Assembly (NCBI RefSeq): GCF_964355755.1
Contig: NC_092671.1
Coordinates: 40,186,304-40,250,303 of the forward strand
DNA: 64,000 nt
From: Antedon mediterranea
Lineage: Eukaryota > Animalia > Echinodermata
Direction of reading: 5' to 3'
The translations under genes and the position numbers were made by a program. The notes below the pieces were generated by a model. That model saw only the letters and a program-made list of their open reading frames with translations. It made no database searches and was not told the origin of the DNA. Each line of letters starts with the position of its first letter. Position 1 is the first letter of the stretch. Positions 42,585 through 55,500 of the stretch are shown here, in pieces.

Positions 42585-43413
42585 GGAAATCTGTTTATGA
42601 AATGAGCAATCTCGCCCCAACCGAGATTCGAACCCTTTTAATATTTAAGATGATACGTTATTATGTTTCTGCATGGCATCCCAGCTTTTGCCTTTAATTT
42701 GCTACATAAAAAACCCAATTGATCATTGAGAAGCGAATTAGGCCCATACTTTTTTTTTTATAAAATCCAAGTTAAAAATAAATTTACTTTATGAAAACAT
42801 AGCCTTACGAATTTTTCCCGGTGTTTTTGCTGATCATAGCGTGAATAAAACAAACTAGTATATAAGAACTATTTTAACTATTTCCTTGTGTGTTGTACAC
42901 ACCCATGTATAAGTGGATCTATATTTGTGATACGGTACCTGGATTGGTGGCTGCTACATACGGTTTTTGGGGTGAAGGTTTTCAATCTGTTTCATCTGTG
43001 TGACAGCCACTATGTTCTTTCTTGATGCTTTTGTTAAACATCAAACAAAAGAAATAAGTTAATTCACATATAATTGCCCCGGTTGTGTAACTGGTGGGCG
43101 GACGTCATTCGGAGGTTTTCGAGGTGTATTGTAATAGAAACCGCTCGTCATCCGTGTTAGAGCATTTTTTAGAATCACGGAAGGTCACTTCGATAAAGAA
43201 TGTTTACAGCTTTGCATTGGTGCTGGATCAAACTGATATAAGTGTTTGTACAAACTCTGTATATAGTTTAGTGTATAGAAAAGGTAACTGTAGGACTGAA
43301 CAGTGCTGTAACTGTATATTTGTTGTGATCTGTTGCGAAACTCGATTGGGATTAACACCGGTATCAAAAGTCGTTCATGCTTGAAACTTTGTATTTTTAT
43401 TTTAGACTAACTG

Positions 43414-43582
43414 ATGGAAAGTCCTGCGGGTAAACATAAAAAAATACGATTGTACGATTTAGCAATGGAGTCATCACATCCACCAGAAGACCCTGTCAAG
43501 TACCGTGAACGAATGGCATATCATAAACTGGAAAGCGAAGAACCTATCAATGTATCCACAGGACCAGCATTGGCAATGTATA
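43414..43582 (+). CDS. ANO: Candidate ANO first coding exon A
   Basis: ttttag acceptor before 43406, [10 protein letters not shown]...PALAMY, donor gtaagt phase 1, compatible with the 54263 exon. Confidence 0.55.
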
Positions 43583-46500
43583 GTAAGTACTGTACTAAAA
43601 CATTCAATGTATAGTAAAGTACTTACTGAATATCGGACTTGTCAGGGTGACTTCCGGGTTTGAATTTAATGTTTAGATGGATTTAAGCTGTTTCTTTCCC
43701 CAAGTATTTTATTATTTTAATCAAAATTGAATAATTTAAATGTAACGAAGGTAGGTTTGGCCTTATCTGTTGGAGATTATATTATTATTATATTTTGTTA
43801 ATAACTCTCCAAAAATCATTTACTAAACTTACTGTGTGCAAAATGACTACGACCTTCACAAAGGGAAGGAAATAAACAATAGGATTTATTTAATCTGTTG
43901 CAATAGCATTCTAAAATTAAATGCCTTATTTTCCAGCCTGCCAATTAGCCTTGTTGTTATTTACAGTATTTATTTTATGGGGTAGGCCTTCTATCTAAAA
44001 CAACGTGTTAGAGCATGGGGGGGGGGGGGGGGGAAGAGAAAGTAAACAACGTGTTAGAGCATGGGGGGGGGGGGGGAGAAAGTAAATTCAAGTATACTGA
44101 ACTTAAAGTTGTTTGTTATGTCGCCCTCTTTCTTAATCCGATATAACTTAATCGCTGCATAAAATAACTATGGATAGCTCCATGTGATATTATTAATAAT
44201 ATATTAAATACATGGGTTAATTTAGCATCTGCCTAATTATAGCGTGTGAACGAACTCGAAATGAACCCTGTCGTCCCTTGTATACACAGTGTAATAAAGT
44301 ACAGTAAAAACACATTTTGAAATCCGACAATTGACTGATTCAATTTAGGAGACTCCTTGAGTAATTTCCGGATTCTGTCGAGGACATTCACAACCAACTG
44401 ACTTCACAGACGTGCCTAGGGAATTTCACTTTATGTTGCAATGTGGTGAAACTTACAATATTCAAATAACGCGTGCTCCTCAGTGTAATTTTCCTATACA
44501 AAAGTATAAACATTAATATATTAGAAACGGGGGCGTGACTGCATTTTGGTCTTTTCTCATGCGTGGTTGTGTTTACTATATTCAGTGACCCGTAACATTT
44601 GACCTTGCATACAACGCCCAGTTTTTGGTTTTAGTGTTTACTTTACACAGTGCGAGCCGTGCGATCGTTGGCCTTCGTTTACTCACTGCCTAGCATAGGA
44701 TACTGCTGCTTGTGTCTAGAAATAAGATAAAAGGTAGACAAACATGGCAGAACCTCCTCCGATCGGTTTTGAAGGCTTGGAGATGACAAAAAATGGACAA
44801 AAGGGTAGGTTTTGCTTGTTTATATGGGTTTTTGTAGTTCTCCATCCCAGACAGACCACCATCACTTGGACTCGGAGAGGAGGAAGAGTAGAAAACGTGA
44901 GTGAACCAGACTGACCCACCATCATCAATGGATGGGTTGGACATTGAATTTAGTTGACTTGTAGGCATTGTTTAAGAACTGCAGAACAGTTCTGTCGGAT
45001 TCAGTCAGTTAAAAATAATTATAATTTAATTTGATGGTATTTTTCACACCATGCATGCATGATGGTACAGTTTTTTGGACCTAATTGAGAGTACAAAACT
45101 TGGATGACATTACCACCAGCAGCCACTATTTTTCATATTGAAATATACTTATGATCATTAATACTGTACATTATTTTCCCAGTCTTAATGTATAACAATG
45201 TTCTTAATAGGCATTCCATGTTTTATTTTGTTTGTAGTATTTTTTGTCATAAATGTCGGATTCACAAATATCCTACACTACAGCAGACTTTTATGTTGAA
45301 TACAGTACTTAATAATTACCATAATACTAAATACAAATTAAATTGTGTGATAGAAAGTAAATTGTTTATTCTTTGTAATTTTACTGTGGGCTGTAAAGTT
45401 TTTTAAGTGGGTGGAAGAACTCTTTATGAATTTGAATGATTTGGAATTTACGTAGTAGTTATTTGAGTGTGGGGTTTGGAATTCTTTAGAATAAATTGAA
45501 TAGTGAGTCACAATTGGATGTAATCCAACAGGTTATGTCAAGGTCAACAAATGTCAGAGAACACAATTACCACCCTTTGAAATACTGTTTTATCAATTTA
45601 GCATATATACATCTTATTAAAATGTTTTTTTACTAGCAGAAAACATCTATAGTACTTAAGTTCCAAAATGGGACCCTGGTTCGTCTTAATTTTAAAGCAA
45701 AGTTTAGATATTATATTATTAGAAGAAAATAATTAATTACTTGCTTACTTGCATAAATAATATGTCTTTATAAATTATTTTGTACAGGTATGTTAATAAT
45801 ATTTGTAAATAATTCTATGAATAGCAGAGACTTGCATGCTTAATTAGATTTTGTAAAATTTGCCCAGTAATTGGAATAATTAAACCTTAAAGAAAGGATG
45901 CTTTAATAAGATGTTAACGATCTTCTGTATTTCCAGTAGTAATTTTCTATTAATGGAAACTAGCTCAATTGTTCTTTTTATTTCTATGGATATTGTGTTA
46001 TGTAATCAAGCACTATTTAATTACCCTCTTTTTAATAGTGACTTGTTCTTCTTTCAATGTGTGTAGTATTTTTTTGTTTTGTGTACTGGTACAATAATGC
46101 TGCAAGATTGAATCATAACTTCCTTTCATTACTTTACTTGTACATTATGTTGTACTTTAAAAAATATGTCATGATACTCGTGCCTTGTTTTGGACTGAAT
46201 TCAAAATCATATTTCAAAATTGTATATGTTTCATTTTAAGTGTAGGAGTAAAAGTGCAGGATTGGCTGTTTTAGTGGAATGGTAGATGTACTGTAAAACA
46301 GTATACCTTGTATTTAGTAGAGGTCAAAGCTATAAAAACAGACTAGCATTGGTTATACCATTGACCTGGTAATATTTCATGGAAACAGCCTTGAGGCCAA
46401 GGAGTTTTTGGGAGTTACAATTTACATTTCAAGTTTTGAATGTTTTATTATCTGATTAGTGTTCACTTTAAAGGATCCACTTTAAATACATGTATAGAAT

Positions 46501-49500
46501 ATAATTTTCCAAGAAATTAATTTACTATATTCCAGAATTAAATTTGTTATTTTATTAGGTTCTGATGTTGAAAAAGAATTGCATGTATACCCCGGCGGTA
46601 TATCTATTTTTTTCTCAATTGTACTAGGGAAAAAAACTCTTACCTGATTGGATTGTACCACAATTCTGTACCACAGGGTGATTGATTTTAAAAGTTGTGT
46701 AGGCCTACTTTACATGGTAGGCTTTTTTGCCAATTGTACATGTGTGCTGCTATTTTCGTGACAGAACCAATCCTATGCCTTAGTTTTTATTTGGTCCATC
46801 TTGCCATAATTTAATAATTTATTGTATACAATTTCTGATCTACACAAGCTCATAAGGAATAGTAATTTACACAATACATTATGCAAATCTTTCCAATTAT
46901 CTCTCTTAGTCTCAGAGAACAGTTGATCTAAGTCTGACAGTACTTCAGGTACTGCATTGACATGGACTGATTAAATATAATACTGTATTTTCCAGTTTAA
47001 ACTTATTTCTAAATCATAAATGAAATGTTTGTTTTCCGTACCATATTCCCTTACAATTAGAGCATGTCAAATTTCAGATTAATATCATGTTATCGTTACT
47101 TTAATAGCAGACATAATATTTTCAAAAGAAATTTGCTAAAGAAATTAATATACAAATACAAGTAATACATAATTAATATATGAAATATGGAAAGATATAC
47201 TGTAACCCTGAAGTTAAAACTATATTGAAATTTATAGGATACAGTATTTACTTCATATTTACTTCATATTTACTTCATATTTACTTTATATTTGACAGAA
47301 GTTGTGGTAACGACTGTAAATAGGTTTGCAAGTCATGTTTCTACTAATATTAAAATTAATTGAATATAAGATAAAGGTGCTATTCATCATATACGTTGAC
47401 TGACTGACATTGATATAAAACTTCACCATGAATTTCTACTGGTACTAGTATCTGTCATTTTGTTCTGTTAATTTACTGACAGTACTGTATATGTAATTTT
47501 GTTTGTTTTCCTCTAACAATAAGTAAATCACAAGTTTGGTACAGCATTTATCAATCATACCATTTTAAATTATAAATGAAAAAAAAGCAAAATTAATAAT
47601 TGTGATGTTCTTACCCTAACTAATAATATTTGATCATCACTTTGTGTAAATTAGTTATTAGAATTGATCAATCAATCAATTTTACTGATTGTTTACATTA
47701 GATAAACACATTAGTTTTCATGAAAATTGTTTGTCTTCCTGTCAATTTGTCAATTGCAAAAGCTGAAACTTTTTGGTGTCTTCTAAAATTAACAACCAAT
47801 TGGCCACTTGTATCCTGTCAAAAAAATGACACCTCCCCACCCTACAAAAAAAAAACTGTAAAAAACCACACATTTGTATTTGCCCTCACAAAGTTTGTAG
47901 TAACCATGAACAAATTGACATGACTGTAGTTTTGGTCTTGTTTTCCCACTAAAATTCACTCAATCTCTAAATTTACAATTGCTGCAAACATTCTTCTTAA
48001 TACCATAATCAGGTAGAATGGCAAGTCAATTCCATTTAAACCAAATTTACCATTTTAGATGATGGAGAGTTCATACATCAACACCAGTTTATTATTACAC
48101 TGTGAACTGACAATTATAATGTATTGATCTTAATGTAATATGTCTCCCTTGATGTATCAAAATTATAATGGAATGATGTACTGTACATTGTCAGTAGTTG
48201 ACTCCTGTAGCCTGGACACCTATCAACAAGGGTATAAGTGAACATGAATGTTTTAAGACAGACTTAACATCAAGAATACATTGTTTATTTTCGTTGAATA
48301 CTGTTCTTTGACATCCTGTACATTATACTGTATGTACTTTGATTCATGTTGTTATGTCGAAGTGAGTTTTATATACTATTAAATAAATATATGAATATAT
48401 ATGAACCTCATATGAATAATTTATGCCATTTGGCTTACTGCTCTCAAACTGTATTGTAGTCATTATAATATTATAAAGCTAGATCAATATATTTGCTACA
48501 TACAGTAAAGTGTGTATAGCGTATTTGCTACATACAGTAAAGTGTGTATAGCGTATTTGCTACATACAGTAAAGTGTGTATAGCGTATTTGCTACATACA
48601 GTAAAGTGTGTATAGCGTATTTGCTACATACAGTAAAGTGTGTATAGCGTATTTGCTACATACAGTAAAGTGTGTATAGCGTATTTGCTACATACAGTAA
48701 AGTGTGTATAGCGTATTTGCTACATACAGTAAAGTGTGTATAGCGTATTTGCTACATACAGTAAAGTGTGTATAGCGTATTTGCTACATACAGTAAAGTG
48801 TGTATAGCGTATTTGCTACATACAGTAAAGTGTGTATAGCGTATTTGCTACATACAGTAAAGTGTGTATAGCGTATTTGAGTTTTGAGTTTTATTTACTG
48901 ATACTACAAACTGATTGATCTTATTTTTCTTTTTTTTTATTTATTTATTTTGTTTTTCCTTGTCTGTGTGTTTTTTTTTGGTATTGCTTGTTTCTCTTAA
49001 TTCCCACTCTTATACACATATCCGTTTTATATGCATAGTCATACCCAGCACAAGATACCCACATCTTCTCGGGATTATGCCTTCCTCAATAGCCTTTTTT
49101 TTTTAAATTCTCTTTTCTTTTGTCCATCCAACAATCATCATAATCTTAATTATTTTACCTTATCATTTCTGTACTGTATACTATTTTGTATTGTATTGCT
49201 ATGGAGGAAAATAAAGGTCTTTTGAAATGAAATAGAAATGACTAATCAATACAAATATGTTATCATTTGTCGATGAGTAAAGTACGCAATTTCTAGATTC
49301 CATAATAATAACTGTACCTTTTGTAAACTTATTGATTGGTATACAGTAGCTTGTTTATTTTCTTCATTTCTTGCAATTGAATCAACTTTGAATAAAATTT
49401 GTTTTTGCTGTCAATAGCGGCAAAAAGTCAGGTTACAATGTACCAAAACCACTTGAAGGTTTCCATTCTATACATTCTATACATTGAAATAGAGTCCATC

Positions 49501-52500
49501 AATGATAGATATTCTGATCTTTTATCAGAGGATTTACAAACCTAGAATTAATTGTCTGACAATTTTAAGAACATTCCTCATTTGTATGCTTAGAAGGGAT
49601 AAGCACACAGGCTAGTTCGCTGATTTCATGGATAAAATTCAGTTAGTTGTTACTGGTAAGAATTGGATTTGATACATGTCAGTTAGTTGGTACTGGTAAG
49701 AATTGGATTTGATACATGTCGGTTAGTTGTTACTGGTAAGAATTGGATTTGATACATGTCAGTTAGTTGGTACTGGTAAGAATTGGATTTGATACATGTC
49801 AGTTAGTTGGTACTGGTAAGAATTGGATTTGATACATGTCAGTTAGTTGGTACTGGTAAGAATTGGATTTGATACATGTCAGTCAGTTGGTACTGGTAAG
49901 AATTGGATTTGATAAATGTCAGTTAGTTGGTACTGGTAAGAATATAATTATAAAGTTGATTCATATTCATGTTTACTTTATACCTTAAGTACTTCACTAT
50001 AGTACAGGCCATGGTACAGTAAGATACAGTATAATTGGAGTTGATTCATATTCATGTTTACTTTATACCTTATACAGTATAATTGGAGTTGATTCATATT
50101 CATGTTTACTTTATACCTTATACAGTATAATTGGAGTTGATTCATATTCATGTTTACTTTATACCTTATACAGTATAATTGGAGTTGATTCATATTCATG
50201 TTTACTTTATACCTTATACAGTATAATTGGAGTTGATTCATATTCATGTTTACTTTATACCTTATACAGTATAATTGGAGTTGATTCATATTCATGTTTA
50301 CTTTATACCTTATACAGTATAATTGGAGTTGATTCATATTCATGTTTACTTTATACCTTATACAGTATAATTGGAGTTGATTCATATTCATGTTTACTTT
50401 ATACCTTATACAGTATAATTGGAGTTGATTCATATTCATGTTTACTTTATACCTTATACAGTATAATTGGAGTTGATTCATATTCATGTTTACTTTATAC
50501 CTTATACAGTATAATTGGAGTTGATTCATATTCATGTTTACTTTATACCTTATACAGTATAATTGGAGTTGATTCATATTCATGTTTACTTTATACCTTA
50601 TACAGTATAATTGGAGTTGATTCATATTCATGTTTACTTTATACCTTATACAGTATAATTGGAGTTGATTCATATTCATGTTTACTTTATACCTTATACA
50701 GTATAATTGGAGTTGATTCATATTCATGTTTACTTTATACCTTATACAGTATAATTGGAGTTGATTCATATTCATGTTTACTTTATACCTTATACAGTAT
50801 AATTGGAGTTGATTCATATTCATGTTTACTTTATACCTTATACAGTATAATTGGAGTTGATTCATATTCATGTTTACTTTATACCTTATACAGTATAATT
50901 GGAGTTGATTCATATTCATGTTTACTTTATACCTTATACAGTATAATTGGAGTTGATTCATATTCATGTTTACTTTATACCTTATACAGTATAATTGGAG
51001 TTGATTCATATTCATGTTTACTTTATACCTTATACAGTATAATTGGAGTTGATTCATATTCATGTTTACTTTATACCTTATACAGTATAATTGGATTTGA
51101 TTCATATTCATGTTTACTTTATACCTTATACAGTATAATTGGAGTTGATTCATATTCATGTTTACTTTATACCTTATACAGTATAATTGGAGTTGATTCA
51201 TATTCATGTTTACTTTATACCTTATACAGTATAATTGGAGTTGATTCATATTCATGTTTACTTTATACCTTATACAGTATAATTGGAGTTGATTCATATT
51301 CATGTTTACTTTATACCTTATACAGTATAATTGGAGTTGATTCATATTCATGTTTACTTTATACCTTATACAGTATAATTGGAGTTGATTCATATTCATG
51401 TTTACTTTATACCTTATACAGTATAATTGGAGTTGATTCATATTCATGTTTACTTTATACCTTATACAGTATAATTGGAGTTGATTCATATTCATGTTTA
51501 CTTTATACCTTATACAGTATAATTGGATTTGATTCATATTCATGTTTACTTTATACCTTATACAGTATAATTGGAGTTGATTCATATTCATGTTTACTTT
51601 ATACCTTATACAGTATAATTGGAGTTGATTCATATTCATGTTTACTTTATACCTTATACAGTATAATTGGAGTTGATTCATATTCATGTTTACTTTATAC
51701 CTTATACAGTGTAATTGGAGTTGATTCATATTCATGTTTACTTTATACCTTATACAGTATAATTGGAGTTGATTCATATTCATGTTTACTTTATACCTTA
51801 AGTACAGTACTTCACTATAGTACAGGCCATGGTACAGTAAGATACAGTATAATTGGAGTTGATTTAATATTAATTTTTCCTATTTACTTTAGTGCTACTG
51901 TTCTCCACAGTAGTTATTCATGCCATTACAATACAGTACATTATCAGCATTTACTGTTTTAACAATGTGTAATTGTAGACACAATTAGGAAATGTTTTTA
52001 CTGTAGCATTTATGCAGTTGTTTCCTTGATGGTGTCATTGGAGTGTCTGGTGTGATGGATGGATGTGTGCTTACTTTAGCTGCACATGGATGTGTGCTTA
52101 CTTTAGCTACACATGGATGTGGGCTTACTTTAGCTGCACATGGATGTGTGCTTATTTTAACTGACAGATAATGGATGTGTGCTTATTTTAACTGACACAT
52201 AATGGATGTGTGCTTATTTTAACTGCACCAGTTACAAGTACTTCTCACCACACTCACAATGTTGAGTCTGACATCCTATGGTTGATGCTGTGCTGTACTG
52301 TAGGCGTGGTTCAATTTAGTGTTGGTTTCATGTGTTCCCTTTCTTACGCTTTATTTATTAGTCTCTCTAGCAAAATCAATAAAGAAAGCAAATCGTATAT
52401 GCATGATGGGTTATGCTTGTATGAACAATATTTGTGATGCTATACAGTAGAGTACAGATTGGTGAAAAGGCAAATTGACAAATTAAATCATCAAACAAGG

Positions 52501-55500
52501 TTTTAGTTTGATCAGAATAAAGATGTTTGTAGGTTACAAGTAGGTGTGTGCATATTAGATTCATTAGTTTTTGTAGAATATTTCGCATACCAACAATAAT
52601 TTGGAAATTTCCATTCAATTTATGTTGGGTGTTTGATGTACAACAAAATGGTATGTACAACTATTTAACTTTGAATCCTTTTATACAGTTCTGAAGCTTT
52701 TGGTTTCTTTTGTTAAACGTCTGCAGTCGGCCGTATCGAGAAAGGACAACAACTACTATCTTCAATGCTACCTTTATATTTGTTAAATCATCTGTTAAAC
52801 TAAACCTTACTTTAATATTAACATACAGTACAGTATGTTAAATTTATTAACTGTATACTTTTATGTGATGTAATTTGCAGTTTCTTTAACCTGGTTGTTA
52901 CAGTAGAGTACAACTCATACTTGCCATTACACATCCTTCTTCAATAGTTATTCTTAGAATTCATTTTAACGTAATTAATATTCCTGCTCTCTGTTTGCAC
53001 TGAAAATTTGAGTTTTATTCTTTTGGTTTTTTTAGGCAAATTACTTTGTATCCTCTGAGAATACCCAACCTTGAAATCTCATCTACATATTCAGAAAAAG
53101 GTTTCTATACGGATTTCGTATAAATACAAAAACTGGATTGAAATGAATTAAATCAAATGTATTTTTCATGGGAAAAAATATTATTATTATATACAGTAAA
53201 TACTGTAAAAGAAATGTCTTCAGCATGCTTATACTTCTTTTGTAATATTTGTAATAACGATAAAATTTATATAGCGCCAATTCCAAAATGATGATCAAAG
53301 ACAATAGAAAATTGATAACAATTAAAAATGCAGAAAACAAAGTCTATTTATTATACAGATATAATACGACCTTGTGTAATGTTTACAATATTAATATTCA
53401 TCAATAATCACCCCCATTTATAAATGGAAGAAGCCTGTTTGCATACTGTATATGCTTTTTTATCCATCTTTAGATCTTAATATTTGTATAATGAACAGCT
53501 ATATATTAATCAATGTCTTGTAATTACTCGAACATTATCATATTAAAGTTCCTTAATTTCTATTTAAAATAACATTAAATTGTGTTTTTACTCTAGGAAG
53601 TTACATGTAGAAACACTAGCAAAATACAAAGTTTATCCTGGCTTTTTTTTTAAAGTCTTGTTTACTCAAATTATTATTCAAATATAAACTTTGTCACTAT
53701 CTTATTAAAGGGAGTGACCCTTGATGGAAAGTTTAATATTTTACAGTTGTTGTGTTTGGTGCGAATGATAGTTTTGCAGTTGAATTTGTTGGTTCTGATT
53801 CTACCAATTTATAGTTTTTCTCTTAAAAAGAAAATTTAATAAAGTTTTTGGATAATATTTGTGTAAAGGATATTCAAGTGTACTACTACAAACAAGCATG
53901 AGTGTGTATCGCATGAACAGTACTAAATCTAACAAAGTAGTAGATGAATGTCAGTTGTTATCCTATTCCACGCCGGAAAAAGAACAGTATCATTCAACTT
54001 TATCTGTGCAACACGTAGCAGAAGGTATAGTAGGACTAGTGTGAATGTTGATGGTATTGTAGAGTTCTCATAAACTAGAGACCACTTCATAATACTGTTT
54101 GACGTCAGATTTGAAGTATTATGGTTACTGTAGTTTTACAGTTTTTATAACAATGACTGTACTGATATACCAGTTTGTTTAAATACAGTAGCAGGTTTTT
54201 TTTTAAATTTTTTATCGTAACGTTATAAATATTTCAATTTTCTAAATGAATTGTTCTTGTAGGTGATGTCCAGCCAAATGATGTAGAGGTACATACTGAT
54301 AAAGTGAGTATTTTACAGATAGAAAAAATATCACAATAGCTAGTACCTGTAATGGCAATAATAATTGCAAAATGAAATGGAATATATGTTGGATTGGAAA
54401 ATGGGAATCAAGCTTTTAAAAGAAGTAGTTATGTGCTACTTAGTTGATAAAATATATAGAACTTTGCCAATACATCGTTGTAAGATTAGGCTTAATGTAT
54501 CTGTAGCATATGGCTGCAACTACAGGTAATAGCTATGGTACAGATCGCTTATGAATCACGCTGGTGAATACTATGTTAATTACAGATAAGTGGCATGCAG
54601 TGCCTAATAGTACACAAACATGATCATAATGTTATATGCCTTATTAGTAATAGCAGACTTAAAAAGGTAAACATAAGCACTGTTTTTAAAAAACTATAAA
54701 ACATGCTTTTCTGATCAATACTTCTGAAATCTTATTCTTGATAATAATAATAATAATAATAAAATCTTTACAACAAAATGTGTTCTTCCATGAGGCTGTA
54801 TGATTGTAATAATAACATGCTGTAGATCTGTGTATCCTATAATTTTGATTAAACCAATATTTTACTGTAGTTGTTTTACAAAAATAATATGCTACTTTAT
54901 AGAATTGTTTATCAGAGCTTTTGGGAATTTTTCTATAGATAAACTAGATTTAAAAATAGATGAACTAGATTTAAAAATAGAATCCAGGTGATTGAATCAA
55001 TGATATGCAAATTATTCAGTTTGGTGAAGGTTTCTGTCAATTTTGTTTACATCTTAAAAATCAAATTATCTGCTCTATTTTAACTGCACACACTTGCACT
55101 TTCCTTAAAAGTGTTTAGTTTTGTTACAAGGGACCTGATCCTGTTTAAAAACACCATTTTGTTTACTGTGATCATTGTCATCCAAAATTGTGTAGACAAG
55201 CATGATTCTCATAATTAATGAGGGCACCAGTCCATACAGTAGCTGACCACATGTACACTACCACACCCTACAGTAGCTGGTAGTATACACAGCCACGCCT
55301 TACTGTAGCTGATGGTAGAGTGTGGATAGTGTGGACAGAGCTTTACACTTTCTGTGCTCAATCTTTCCGCAATTAGCAATGCTATTAATCCTGGTGGTGT
55401 TAAATCAAATGCAAAAGAAAAGATAAAAAATAAGGAAAAAATTAAAATTTGTAAGCACTGTTTGATTTGCATATCGTTAATGTTACCCTTACCAATAATG

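Noticed and set aside
49978-51783. 601-aa repetitive ORF ([16 protein letters not shown])n
   Set aside because: It is the translation of a 48-bp satellite that happens to lack stops; antisense within an ANO intron, with no gene context
28771-51863. Tandem arrays as CRISPR arrays
   Set aside because: Head-to-tail units with no unique spacers, no cas genes, and a eukaryotic context
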